Shown here: positions 21,559 to 35,133 of the stretch, in pieces
Layout of the letters: each line of letters begins with the position of its first letter
Numbering within the stretch: the first letter of the stretch is position 1
DNA from: Eledone cirrhosa
Taxonomy: Eukaryota
NCBI GenBank assembly: GCA_964016885.1
Contig: OZ024753.1
Location: 39,990,001 to 40,054,000, forward strand
DNA length: 64,000 nucleotides
Direction: 5' to 3'
Notes under the pieces: generated by a model
What the model was told of the DNA's origin: nothing
The model's database searches: none
Seen by the model: the letters and a program-made list of their open reading frames with translations, nothing else
Position numbers and translations under genes: made by a program

Positions 21559-21750
21559 GGCGGTGGATTGGCAGTATCGGTAGAGTGTCGGACGCCATGC
21601 TTTGGAGCAAAGAGTTACGGCCCTTTATGGTCTGAGTTCAAATCCTGCCGAGGTTAACTTTGCCTTTCATCCTTACGGGGTCGATAAAATAAATTACCAG
21701 TAATACACTAGAGTAATTGCTGGCCTTGTAGCAAAAGTAGAAACAATTAT
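21559..21750 (+). mobile_element. SINE family 1
   Basis: Full consensus match. Confidence 0.9.
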
Positions 21751-22290
21751 TAATGGATATTTTAAGAAAAGCACTGCTTTTGTTTGAACTATACAGATCT
21801 TTAGTTTAATCCGATTAACATGTAGCTTATTGGAACTCTGGAATGTTTAGGTTTTTATTTAAATGGATAATTGCTAACTGTGTGCCAAAAGTAGAAACAA
21901 TTAATAAATAGGATCTGAAAGTCTTTTGCAATATCAATAGCCATAAACACTCTTTATAAACCATGCCGTCGAATACGTTTGGCCGAGATTCTCCTTAAAT
22001 GTCATGGGAACAAATATGCTGTTGTTTTCTCAAAGCTAGAATTCCTCAAGCAGAGCCAGAGTTAAGGATGAAGTCTGACCATTCAGTTTTGTTTTCAAAT
22101 GCAGTATATCTAGGGTTATATTATATAACATGCATTTATATATTTAAAAGTTAAATTGGGATTTTAGGGACATTTAGGTGCTATTTCCAGCATGATTCAC
22201 GTTGCAAGTCCTCTTTATTTTGGATATGTAAAATAGAAGATAAATTCTTGTTACAATCCTCATGGAAAGGAGTCCAAGTTCATATAAATG

Positions 22291-22475
22291 ACTTTTACTA
22301 TAGGCACAAGGCCAGAAATTATCCCAGTGCAGTACTGGTACTTTATTTTATCGATCCCGTAAGGATGAAAGGCAACGTTAACCTCGGCGGGATTTGAATT
22401 CAGACCATAAAGGGCCGAAACTCTGCTGCAAAGCATGGCGTCCGACCCTTTACCGATACTGCCAATCTACCGCCA
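22291..22475 (-). mobile_element. SINE family 1
   Basis: Reverse complement of the consensus. Confidence 0.9.
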
Positions 22476-23439
22476 AGTTCATATAAATAATGGCAGAATG
22501 GCCATGAGAACAAACAGCAAACTTAAGAAAGTTTAGAATTACAATATGTTGCATTGAAGTCTGAATAACAGAAAAAGATGGAGTGATTTCTGAAGCCTAT
22601 CAACATCTCTCTATATATGTATATATTCTGATTGGCATATGAATATCTTATAAACATATGTTCCAATGAAATACGATCTACAGAGTCGCCATAGTTGACC
22701 CTTATTTTAGTTTACGAATTTATGGCTTCAAGTACGAAATGTAGATGTGTGCTTAAGAACGATGTATCAAAATTGTGATGGAAACCTAAAATAACGGAAC
22801 ACTAAATATGTAGATGCTATGATATTTGTTAATTTATAGAAAATAGTATGGTGCAAATATGGACAAGTGGTTAAAGTGTTTGTTCTGTGTGGTTCCAGGT
22901 TCGATTCGACTGTGCAGTAAGTTGGACAATTATATTCTACCTTTCTTTTAACGCAAACTTCGTAAATTCCATTGTATAAATAATAACTGTACTTGTTCCA
23001 AGGGGTTTAATTTAATGTCACCCGGTTTAATGCTATTTCGTTTCCAATGTGTGCTGTTTAAGAAGTTTATTTTGTTGTAATCACTCAGATCAAGTACGTA
23101 GTTAATAAGATATATTCTTGCCATACTTTCTACTGCAGCAACATGTTTTGTCCCATTCTCCCTGCAACACTGTGCAAAGAATAGAGGCGCTTCCTTTAGT
23201 CCCTTGGTTTAGTCTTAAAAACATTCCACCCTAGACCATTAAATGAATTGGAACGATCATGAGAGTAAAAAAATATTGTAATCTAGAAACACGGAATTCC
23301 TGTAATAAACAATTTCATTCGAATTAATGTAGACAGGTCCAAACAACTGATTTTTACTGTCGGAATCTTGGAGTAGTGGCAACATAAATTCCTAACATAG
23401 TCACGTAGCCTCAAATTTTATGATCCTCATACCCCACTT

Positions 23440-23862
23440 CGTATTTATGGTCTTTACTAGGGAATAATGAAATGTAAAGTCGACCTCAGCTCTATTTGAA
23501 CTCATAGCGTACATGTATGTGACTCACCACAGCAAGCTATGCTGTCCCTTATACTAATGGCTCTACCAATCCAGTGTCATTTAATTTGAAAAATACTGGA
23601 AGAAAATAATTTTTTTGTAAAATACAAGTTTTCGTTTGATAGCTCTGTCACTAATGTCCATTAACATTGATGTCTAATTTAGGCACACATCAGCAAATTT
23701 GTGTGAAAAGAGAAAGTTGATTGAATCAACCCCAGTACTTGACTAGTACTTTATTTTATCAGCCCATAAAGGATAAAAGGTAAAGTTATCCCCGGCGGGA
23801 TTTGAACTGAGAATGTAAAGAGTATTTTAATCAACGCTCTACGAACTCTGCCTATCGACTGT
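23440..23862 (-). mobile_element. Two old, diverged SINE family 1 relatives
   Basis: aaagtcgacctcagctctatttgaactc and tactttattttatc..ggataaaaggtaaagtt..ggcgggatttgaact. Confidence 0.65.
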
Positions 23863-25219
23863 CCTTTGTCCAATAACTCTATGATCACATATCATGGTTA
23901 GGTGAAGTTTATTGGTTCGAACATCTAAGAAAATAAAACATTTACGTCATATCAAAATTGACCTCAAACAAGGCTGGCAAATGTTTGATTGATTGCCAGC
24001 AAAATTGTAAAAAGGATCCATTTTTTTAGGCCCGAATGTCGAAGATAAATATAAACTAACGTAGCGAAAAGCAATATCTATTACTGAACAAATAAAACAT
24101 TTGATATTATACAAGGTTTTTGTGAATATCGCAACCAAGTTTCAAGTGCTCGATATATTATTACTACTGATAATGAGATTTCATCTCTAAAACATTGCCA
24201 ATAGCAACAGCAAGAATGTAAGCAAATATATAACATCTTGTCGTATATGTCATACAGAACATGAAATATATATCATTACCACTACTGAATCAATAACGAT
24301 TTCTTGTAAACCAGGTTCAATACAATTCCACTCTGAAATATTATCCACAAAATACAATATATGTGACTGAGTAAGATTCTTTCGATATCCGTCCAGCAAT
24401 ATCTCCGATTTATCTGAATAAAATTATACAGAAATCGTAGAAAATCATGCACCGGAAAAGTCAGGCAGCTGTCATTTTCGTGAAAATTACCTGAAAATAT
24501 TTCGATTTCGTATATATTGCTGAAATAAAAGAATATAATAAAAGAAATCGCATTCAGACAACACGGATCTATTTTCTTTTTTCTGTTATTTGTTTTCCCT
24601 TAATGTAGTTTTAATTCATTTTTGCTTCAAGGAAATATCGATCGATTTATTGAATCAAATTTAGTTCGCGCATTTTTTTTCCTCTTTTAAGTTCTCTTTA
24701 TTTGTAACATCTCTATCCCCGCCTGACGTTTCTAGTTTGTTTTCTTTCTGTCTATCAGCTGCCCTCTATATATACAAATTGGTATTTACAAAAGATGTTT
24801 CGTTTAAAACTCTTTACATTAAAATAAGTTATTAAAACTATATAATTAATATTAGGATAAGTGCTGATATGGAGGTGTGGTGGGGAATCTCTCTTTGCAA
24901 ACATTGCACAGTCTCGAATCAATCAATTGGTTGGACATAAGCTTTGTAAAACACCGTCCTCACTATCTCTTCCTCTCCTTCGGTATACGATATATATACC
25001 ATTCACTAATTTTTTGGCGAAATAAATCTCTTTGGATTTGTACGTGTGTGATATATAGTTATAGAGGTGGATAAATTCATTTTGATTTATATTTTTTATT
25101 ATTGTGTCTACCTCACCTTTCGTAGTTTATAGATTCCATACACTGGTGGTTTTCCCTGTTTTATTGGTAACACACACACACACTCTCTCTCTCTCTCTCT
25201 TGTGTGTTATACTTTCTAC

Positions 25220-25275
<56 letters not shown>

Positions 25276-25465
25276 TAATTGTTTCTACTTTTGGCACAAG
25301 GCCAGCAATTACCCACAACATTACTAGTACTTCATTTTATCGACCCCGTAAGGATGAAAGGCAAAGTTAACCTCGGCGTGATTTGAACTCAGAATGGCAA
25401 GGGGAATAACTCTATACGTCAAAGCATAGTGTCCGACCCTCTACCGATACTGCCAATCCACCGCC
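25276..25465 (-). mobile_element. SINE family 1
   Basis: Reverse complement of the consensus. Confidence 0.9.
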
Positions 25466-25476
25466 GTCATATATAA

Positions 25477-25734
25477 TGAAGTGTGGTAAGGAACCAGGTA
25501 GACCATAACGCACCAGAGTACTCGATACCTAGGGTAGTAGAGTGGGAAATAGGAAAAGAGTCAGGACCCCGACGGCTGAGCTCCGGCCGTTACAACAGCT
25601 AAATATGAACTAAACCAGTAGTGTTAGGACGGTAGTAATCTAGCTGAGGTTACTACCGTCCTAACACTACTGGGTTAGTTCAGATTTAGCTGTCGAAACG
25701 GCTGGAGCTCAGCCGTCGGGGTCGTGACTCTTTT

Positions 25735-25739
<5 letters not shown>
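25477..25739. mobile_element. Penelope-LTR-like fragment with ~95-bp inverted arms and a hammerhead 3' half; related fragments at 40367-40432 and 44385-44536
   Basis: Arms ~25550-25638 and ~25651-25739. GAAAC-ggctg-gagct-cagcc-GTC. The family shares gaccataacgcacca..agtactc.atac.tagggtagtagagtggg. Confidence 0.65.
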
Positions 25740-25768
<29 letters not shown>

Positions 25769-25796
25769 AACAAAAGATGGTTAAAAGAGTTCCATG

Positions 25797-25867
25797 TATT
25801 TTATTATGCGCATTTCAAAAACAAATATCATCATGCAATAATATTTGTGTTTTCATCAGATAAAACA
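25797..25867 (-). ncRNA. Type I hammerhead ribozyme, intact core, 16-bp stem II
   Basis: Minus strand: tgttttat CTGATGA aaacacaaatattatt-gcat-gatgatatttgttttt GAAA tgcgc ATA ataaaata. Palindromic stem III (atgcgcat); 8-bp stem I. Confidence 0.87.
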
Positions 25868-25965
25868 GGAAGACATGATATGAAGGTTAAAAAACACTTG
25901 TGGATAGTTCAGTTTTAAATCAACATCTGCATTGCTTTATTTTACTACAATAAAACTCACCTCCT

Positions 25966-26015
<50 letters not shown>

Positions 26016-26071
26016 AAGTGGTTGGTTTAAGGATTATTAGAAAGATTTGTTATTTCAAATGTGTGTGTTAC

Positions 26072-26352
26072 CTAACACATATTAATAATACTGCTTTTCA
26101 CATTTGCATGGTCTAAGAAACCAAAGAACGGGAAGAAGGGTGGAAGGATCCAAGAATTCTTCATTGCCACAACAGGAATAGAGGCTTCTAAAGGTTGAGT
26201 TATTTTCATATTTAAAGACCTGGTTCCACCGCTTAGAACAGGGTGAACGTCACTAATAGTATCCAAAGGTCATGTGAAGGTTTGTGTTAAACTTGATGAT
26301 GGGTTAGTCTTCTTATCTAAAGAACCAATGGTAGACTTTTTATTGTATGAAG
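26072..26352 (-). other. Candidate 281-nt exon
   Basis: Acceptor ttctattcag|, donor ag|gtaaca; one frame is open except for an internal TGA and a terminal TAG. Confidence 0.3.
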
Positions 26353-26407
26353 CTGAATAGAATTAAGATTTCAAAACACATCAGATATACTAAATATTTA
26401 TACTAAA

Positions 26408-26602
26408 TAATTGTTTCTGCTTTTGACACAAGGCCAGCAATTACCCCCAGTGCATTACTGGTACTTTATTTTATCGACATAAATTCATCCGTAAGGATGA
26501 AAGGCAAAGTTAACCTCGGTGGGATTTGAACTCAGACCGTAATGGGCCGTAACTCTATGCTGTAAAGCATGGCGTCCGACCCTCTACCTATACTGCCAAT
26601 CC
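26408..26602 (-). mobile_element. SINE family 1 with a short internal insertion
   Basis: Reverse complement of the consensus with extra ataaattcat in the core. Confidence 0.88.
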
Positions 26603-26624
26603 ATCATCTGTACCAAATAATGGG

Positions 26625-26870
26625 CCTTACTCTCGTTCGATGCAGCAGCTACAGGCTGGAAGAGGCTCTGCGGCAGACCCCCGCACCAGATGGCTGGATG
26701 TCCTCAAGGAAGATCTCTAGGGTCTCTACGTCACCTTGGAGGATGTAGAGAGGGGCTGGCACGGGTCCGGCAACGATGGAGAGCACTGATGGACTTGATC
26801 GGCTCTACACACGATGATGGTTCTGGAATCACTGACCTAGCATGACCCCAGTCTCATCGAACAAGAGCAA
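26625..26870 (+). pseudogene. RTE LINE 3' remnant
   Basis: GRP/RTRWLDVLKEDL...LARVRQRWRAL with frameshifts. Confidence 0.65.
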
Positions 26871-27962
26871 GAAGACAGAAGAAAATAGGAAGAAATAAGA
26901 AATAGTTACGAACACTTCACACTCAGACTCAATTTACTTGTCAATGCTAATGTATTTGAACGTTTATCTATTTACTTACATACATATTTATTTATTCATG
27001 TATTTATTTATTTATGTATTTATATATTTCATATTGCAATTTGTTAAGAATTGCATATTTGGTTGCAAGTTATTATTATTATATTTTTTTTCCAATGAAC
27101 CAATCAGAGATTCACAGCATTTCTGACAGTGACAGTGACAACATAATTTCTAACTCGTTACACAACAAATATCTCCAGGGTGTTTATTTGAAAAATGTAG
27201 AAAAAAAAAAGCAACTGCTTATATCCTACACCAATAATATGCTTACAAGAACCACACACACACTCAGAGATACATGGTCATACACATACACACCCACACG
27301 TACTGCGCCCACACAAACACCTAATAGTTGTTCTCTTCATTTGAGCTTATAGTGCGTTATAAAATATTAACCTTTACATTACAGTGGGGGTGTGTAGCTT
27401 CGTGGTTAGTGAGTTGAGTTCACAATCGCGATGTCATGAATTCGAAACCTGGATGGAAGATGCCTTATGTTCACGAGCAAAACGCTTTGCAACAGTTTAC
27501 TCAGATGAAGAAATTAGTTGCGACGTTCACTGGTGCCAAGTTATATCGACCATTCCATTGGCCTTGGACGTGGAGAAGTGGAGACGGGTATATCTGCGCG
27601 ACGTTTTGTCTTCCACAAATATACCTTGATTGACCAGTATTGTGCTTCGGAGGACGATTACATTATACTTGAATACTATTTATATTTGGTGGCAACTCAA
27701 TAAGAAGCATAGAAGAGATGATTGTGTGTTAGTGGACTATGCTAAGATTAACCAGAGCCGTTCTTAAGTAGCTACTAAAATTCTTGTAATATTTTTGAGA
27801 GACAAAGAAAGGTAAAGAATTTTAACTCATCCATTAACGCTTATAACACTCCATTTTCAGTTCCCTTTCGTGTAATAGAAGATGGGATATACGAAAGAAT
27901 TCTGGTTCGACTTTTGTGGGTGGCTCTCTCCCTTTCTTTCCTACATACATATACACACGTAC

Positions 27963-28016
<54 letters not shown>

Positions 28017-28456
28017 TCAGAAGATCCTGTTAACGGTGAAAGCAGCGATTCTTTGCTTAAACTTTAATCTGTTCTTATCACACACACAGACAGACAGACA
28101 GACAGATATCTGTGATAAGCTTTTTGCAGCGCTCAACTGAGATTACTTTCGTTATGTGCAGTTAATAGCAAGACCACTGACCTCAGTTCTGGCAACATTT
28201 TATTAGTCTGTGAACTCTGATAGAGATGAGATTAATCTTCTATTTCTCGTTTTAGTTGCATTCACACAGAAGATTTAGAGTGAAAGTAAAAAATATATAG
28301 AGCGAGGTGGGAGAGAGAAGTTACAGGGAGAAAGAAAAAGAGAGGGCGGTCAGAGAGTGAGAAAGATATATAGAGAGAGAGAAGTAAAGAGGGAGAGGAA
28401 GAAACTGAATAACTAATGTCTTGGTGATTGAAACGACAGTAATTATTAAAGACAAA

Positions 28457-28637
28457 GGCGGTGGATTGGCAGTATCGGTAGAGGGCCGGACGCCATGCTT
28501 TGACGCATAGTTACAGCCCTTGCCATTCTGAGTTCAAATCCTGCCGAGGTTAACTTTGCCTTTCATCCTTACGGGGTCGATAAAATAAAGTACCAGTAAT
28601 GCACTGGGTAATTGCTGGCCTTGTGCCAAAAATAGAA
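28457..28637 (+). mobile_element. SINE family 1
   Basis: Full consensus match. Confidence 0.9.
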
Positions 28638-31251
28638 AAAAAGGTAGTCATAGGCTGACTACAAAGGAGTGATGCTAAGTCTGAGAAATATTGCAAGCAT
28701 TAATTACAAATCTTCTTATTAATAACTCCATTGTTTCCTTACAGGAGCTATGTTGAAAAATAAACCTCATTTAGTCATTCCATGAGAGTATCTTGGTCAG
28801 CTTATGAACTTTCAGCCTATGCACTTTTCAGGTGACCTTCGTATATTAAATAATTACTATAAGATATGATTGTTTTTTTTTTTTTTTTACTCTGAAACTG
28901 TATGGCCTTGTGCTTAAGACATTAATCGATAAATTAGTCTTCTTGTAATTAAGAAAAATAAATTAAATGTAGTAAGGCTGGCAAACATCTTGTTGATAGA
29001 ATCAAACAAGGCCAACAACATAGTGCGATCGATGAATCGATATAAGGATTTGTTTTATATAAATATTATTTTATGTGCTAGAAAACAACTTCCATTCACT
29101 AACTTCCTGAAATAAGTTTCGCCCGTGAGTGTGCATTCGTGTGTGTAGGTGTGTAAGTGTGTGCTTATGTGTGTATGGGGGAGGGGGGGCGGCGTTCATG
29201 TATGTAAGTGTATATATGCTTATATCTGTGTGTATATAAGAGAACACTTACAGATGCTGGTGAATGTATATATGTGTATGTGTATAAATGTATGTGTGTG
29301 TATATGTTTATATATATATGCATATCTGTGTATGGCTGTGTTCCTGTGGATGTATGAGTGTATGTGCATAGATTTGTGTATCTATGTGTGCTTGTTGGTG
29401 TATATGTGTGTGTGGTGTGCATATTATGTGAGGTGTGTCTGTCTAAGTACTATGTATATATACTTTGTATGTGTCTATCTATGCTCTGTGTATCAACACG
29501 TATGCCTTTTGTACTGTATGTATATATGTATGTTTTTTTCTATACACTGCGTTCTTCTCAAATCCAATAAGTTAACGATCGATAGACATTACATTGTTTA
29601 AATCACACTAAAGTTGTTCCGATTGGACCCATTCGCTTTTTTTTTCGTTCAGGAATTTTATTGATTTCTTACAAAAGGACAAAGCAGCAAATAATTTGAA
29701 TGTATATCGATTATATGAATCCCAATCGCTGGTTGGTACTTTATATTCTACCAACTCCAGTTGGATGAATGTAATCGTCGTGTTACGGACTTAGAAATGT
29801 AAAGAAACACCACTAAATACTACAATGAATTTTATCCAACTCTATACCGAATCTCTCAAACCAGCGTTTAAAAATAATTATCTCTATGGGTTGTAGATTG
29901 GCAGAATTGTTAGAGTGACGGATGAAATAAGATTACAGTATTTGTTTTTGTTCTTAACATTTTGAGTCGGCCAGTGCGTGGGCACCCCATTTGCTTACAA
30001 CAGTGGGCGATGAGGAGAGTGGGAGAAGCGGAGTTAATGACAGTGGGAGTTTGCTTCTTTTGTGTTTGGGCCTGGTGTATATATGTTTATATAAGAGAGA
30101 ATGAATTCATTGTTAATAATACGCTTTCTTAATTATCTTAACTGATTGCCAAGGAATACATTTACCAAATTTCAGGATTAAATTTGAGGAATCACTTGGG
30201 ACAAACAATGCAAATCCCGTCGGTGTCAAATTTGCGTTTCATTCTTCCAGGGTTGATAAATTAAGACACCAGACAAGTACTGGGATTATTTGTCCTTCAC
30301 CAAATATTTGCCCTTCTCCGAATACAACTGATATAATATTTATTTCTAGCTTGGATTAAACAAAATAACATCATTCGTCAAATTTGTGTGTCCATTTCCT
30401 CCCACTTCCCTTGAAGTATCAACAAAGTTTGACATTTATGAAGAAGAATTTTAAAACCCACCTATTTCGGGGGAGGAAATTTCATTCCATTTATTAACAG
30501 GCTCACATGGAAATATTGAATTTCTTAAAAGGGTCGCGAAATTAAAACATTTAGAAACGTTGGTCTGCGTAGTCATTCGACCTGTTAGAAATTGCAGGGA
30601 AATCTTCCAGTTATACCGCTTTGAAAACAAAAATGGCTAGGTGTATAGTGTAGCCTTAAATACACAAAAAGAAGAGGTAATCTTGGATGGAATACCTTTA
30701 TAATGAAGCTGAGGAATCGTGGTTGACCTGGGGCTACACTTAGTAAGTGAAATCTTTTTTGTGGCGTCAGAGACTCTGTGTTTATGATATAGCTACATTC
30801 CCATGTATCTAGAAGTATTAGGTTATCTTAAGATTCATATTATAAGCAATATACACTCCTCCACAAAGAAAAAGAAACAGAAATGAAATGCATTTTAAAC
30901 ATTGCATCCGGTACCGGTGAATTAAACTTTATTTTGTTTATAAGAAATTAGATTAAGAACTAGTCTTGCACTCAATTTATTACGCAAAATGTAAAATACA
31001 AAATGAAAATATTTATCTTGCAATAAGCAAATTTCTTTCAATTACAATGAAATTAGCTTGTAACTTTTTTTGTGAGGGGTGGGGGTTTTAGTAAACATTG
31101 CTGTCACAGACATAAACCACTTCTGATTTACACTCTACCTTAACCTTATCTCTTATTTCTCTCTCGTCAATAAACAACGAATTTGTGTCCCCCTACGCAC
31201 GAACATCTACGTAGCAGGGTGTTACCAAGAATAATATCTACATAAACGCAA

Positions 31252-31409
31252 ACTTGCCAACCCCTAAAAACCCAAAACGGGGAGAAATGAGGCAAAATGG
31301 GGAGATTTTACATAATGAAAGCTATACCCATTTTCAAAAGAGAAGACATCTTTCACCCATCCCAAAGTGGGTGGGAGATCTCCTTGTCGAACTGGGAGAG
31401 TTGACAGGT
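31252..31409. mobile_element. Old MITE, possibly hAT-type
   Basis: Imperfect TIR acttgccaac / gttgacaggt and repeated gggaga subterminal motifs. Confidence 0.45.
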
Positions 31410-31427
31410 CGGTAAACGATCCTCAAA

Positions 31428-31570
31428 GATGTCATATAACATAACCTGAGCAAGGCCTTTGACAAAGTCGATCACGGCAGTCTGTTGGCAATAATTGTCA
31501 AACATAAGTCTCAGGGCGAGTTATGTAGTACAGTGGATTAAATGTTTCCTAGTGAAAGGACCACTAAATG
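31428..31570 (+). pseudogene. CR1/L2-type RT fragment
   Basis: LSKAFDKVDHG and WIKCFL motifs. Confidence 0.65.
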
Positions 31571-32028
31571 TTAAACGGAGAAACCATTTTCACAATTTAG
31601 TTGAATGTAATTCATTCATAAAATATTCGACAATATTCGAATTTTGAGTGAATTATTTATCAAAAGATGAATACAACCTCGCATTGGCACAGTCCTTCAG
31701 CATGACTGCCTCCGATGCCAACACGTTTAAATAGAGGATCTCGATATATATAGGTGTGTATCTGTGTGTGTTGTTATACCAGCATGTATGCGTGTCTCTC
31801 CTGTATCTTTGCGATGTGACTATTTTGACAAATTACCAAACAAATATTGAACCTAACGAAATCATACTAAACCCACTAATTGACACAAACAGCAGGTGTA
31901 TTTTATAATAAGCAATTAACTTGATGTCTTGCTGTGTGGCCTTTCAAATTCAACCAAGCTAAAGTATTCAGAAAGCTGTTAAGAATTTCCGTTTGCAACA
32001 GTGTGGATCCTGGTCACATATCTATCAC

Positions 32029-32490
32029 GGGTGGTCGCATCCCACTGTATATTAAATTCACAACACGAGTGTCTCGGGTGGTAACACACCACTGAACATC
32101 GATTACACAACACCTTTATCTCAAGTGGTAACATTCCACTATACAGAGATTACACAACACCTTTATCTCAGATGGTCATATTCCACTGTACAGCGATTAC
32201 ACACCTTTATCTCAGGTGGTAACATACCACTGTATATCCATTACACAACACCTTTATCTCAGGTGGTCATATTCCACTGTACAGCGATTACACACCTTTA
32301 TCTCAGGTGGTAACATACCACTGTACATCCATTACACAACACCTTTATCTCAGATGGTCATATTCTACTGTACAGCGATTACACACCTTTATCTCAGGTG
32401 GTAACATACCACTGTACATCCATTACACAACACCTTTATCTCAAGTGGTCATATTCCACTGTATATCGATTACACAACACGATTGTCTCA
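32029..32490. repeat. Minisatellite of ~10 units of 44-47 bp forming a 91-bp higher-order dimer
   Basis: Unit ggtggt(a/c)a.at.ccactgta.a...attacac(aac)acctttatctca; ORF-track starts recur at 32125, 32216 and 32307. Confidence 0.93.
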
Positions 32491-32623
32491 GATCAGCCGA
32501 ATCCTGTACTTAAATCTTCGTGACCTAATTGAAACCGGATAGATTTAATCCAGCTCACAGTCCAAAACCATTGTCCAACTGTTGGATGTGGTTAGAGTAC
32601 TCTACTCTTTTACAAGCATTACA

Positions 32624-32979
32624 AGCTTTGCCTTTCATCCTTACAGGGTCGATATAATAAAGTACAAGTAACACACTGGGGTCGATTTAAGCAACTTCCC
32701 CTCCCACTTCAAATTGTTGCCTAAATCAGAAACAATTATTATTTTTAGTAGTAGTGAGGGCGGTGGATTGGCAGTATCGGTAGAGGGTCGGACGCTATGC
32801 TTTGACGCATAGAGTTACGGCCCTTTATGATCTGAGTTCAAATCCTGCCGAGGTTAACTTTGCCTTTAATCCGTACGGGGTCGATAAAATAAAGTGCAAA
32901 TCACGCACTGGGGTCGATTTAATTGACTTTCCCCTCCCCCAAAATTGCTGGCATTGTGCCTATATAAGAAACCAATATT
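32624..32979 (+). mobile_element. SINE family 1: a 3' half followed by a full long-form copy (32759-32979)
   Basis: The long form has an extra ggggtcgatttaa..gacttccc segment. Confidence 0.88.
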
Positions 32980-33987
32980 TTTAGTAGTAGTAGTAGCAGC
33001 AGCAATAGTACTAATATTATTAGTAGTAAGATGTAGAGTAAGAGTAGGAGGATGAGTAGTAGTAAGGGAGGGGGAGGACTAAGAAGGGGAGAAATGATAG
33101 TATCGATTATCAGAAAACTTTAATTATCGGTTGCGTCATTAGCACACTCGAGATATTGAAAATAATAATCTATTTATTTATTGAATTTTTAATTGGTTTT
33201 AAGTATTGATTAATGTCTAATTAAAAATTGTATTTTTATCGCAACTCCTACACTTCCCTAGACATGCTTATATATGTGTATATGTGTGTATATATGTGGA
33301 TGTGTACGGGCGAGAGTGTGTGCAGGTATGTGTTTGTGTACGTGTATGTGTATGTGTACGGGTGAGTGTGTGTGCAGGTGTGTGTTTGTGTAGGTGTACG
33401 TGTGAGTATGTGTTTGTGTGTGTATGTGTGTGAGTTTGTGTATATTATTTCTGCATGTATTATTTACATATTTATAAAATAGACTACTACTACTACTACT
33501 ACATAAATATAAACATACATATATACATAAGTGTCATTGCATACGAACATACATGGTTGCATATATATATAGACATACGTACATATATACAAAGGTACAT
33601 ATATATTTACGTATATAAAATATATTTACGTATGTACATTTCATACATACTCTCGTGCGCATGCGTACACTAATAAACTCTTCCTACTAATACGATACTT
33701 GAGAGATTGTGTTCAGATATTCATCACTTTATTGCATTCTTTGACAACTGATGTAGATATATATCATTTGGTACATACAAATACACCTACCTATATTATA
33801 TATATTCTTAAAGGTTATATACACGTGTGTGTTAGTATATGTGTGTATGTATGTGTATGTATGTATGTAGATATGTATGTAGGTGTGTCTGTGTATGTAT
33901 GTATGTATGTATGTATGTATGTAGGTAGATATGTATGTAGGTGTGTCTGTGAATGTATAGGTATGTATGTATGTATGTTGGTTAAAA

Positions 33988-34401
33988 AAAATCACTGGGA
34001 GAGATGACCCCTTAGCCTTTGTCAAGGCAGAATTCTAGGAGAAGGAAAACTCTGATATAACAACTGCAACCCTGATGGTATCCAATGATGTTGACTTGTT
34101 CTTCTTTTTGGTAAATATCATCTTGGTTAAGAGAGTGGGACTTGCTTCGTGCAGTGCCTTTGCTCACTATAAAAGCTTCGACAAAGGCATTGCTTTATAT
34201 CTGGAGATCTCTCTGCACTTGTCGTCACATGGTACCATGGGCCTAGCACTGTGTCAGTAATTGTCACAAGTGTAGTGTTTGTACCAGAGTTTTCAAGTCG
34301 CTGGCTGGACTAAAAAGTCACACTCGTTCGGCGCATCGGTGGGGGTTCTCTTACATGGATATAAAGTAGTGGCCGTACTCTAAAACGAGTTGGCAGCCAC
34401 C
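33988..34401 (+). mobile_element. 5'-truncated copy of the bipartite RTE-derived element
   Basis: Starts at aaaatcactgggagagatgacc and has the same 3' end. Confidence 0.85.
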
Positions 34402-34722
34402 ATGTATGTATGAATGTATGTATGAACATGCATGTATATGTATGTTTGTATATGAATGACTATATTTGATATTTACTACGTCTAGGGTATATCTGTATAC
34501 ATTTTCTTATGGGTATATGTGTATGCATAGATAATTGTTTCGTCTGAATCTAAGTATGATTCTATCTGTAGACGTAAAAACCAGTGATAACAGAATATTA
34601 TTAATAATCTGTCTTAATAATCAGTGTAACAGAGGAAGCCAATTTACTAATCATGTTTACCCGTCATAACAATAGTATTTATCTACTAATATACTCGTAT
34701 AATAAATGGTAATAAAACATAC

Positions 34723-34762
<40 letters not shown>

Positions 34763-34814
34763 GTATGTTTCTATTACCATTTACATATACATACACACAT
34801 ACCTATATAGATAC

Positions 34815-34849
<35 letters not shown>

Positions 34850-35133
34850 GGAATCATTTGTATGGATGCAAATAAGTAAATGAGCCTCTTATCGATTTCG
34901 ATAATCGATATTTTAGTTATTCTATCAACGTAATGATCGACTATTATAATGCAATAAACTATGTATTCCACAGACACTCATGCCAATGTCATTAATGTAA
35001 ACTTCACAAAATGTCGGCCTAACATAGTGAAAATGGCGGCTTGACTTGTATTCAGTTGAAAGTGTCTTGTACTCCATAGATATTTCAATTTACTCTCATT
35101 ATCTTCAGGCAGAATCAGTGAAAGCTGGTGTTA

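Noticed and set aside
32029-32490. CRISPR-like regular array
   Set aside because: The units are contiguous tandem repeats with no unique spacers and no cas genes, in a eukaryotic context.
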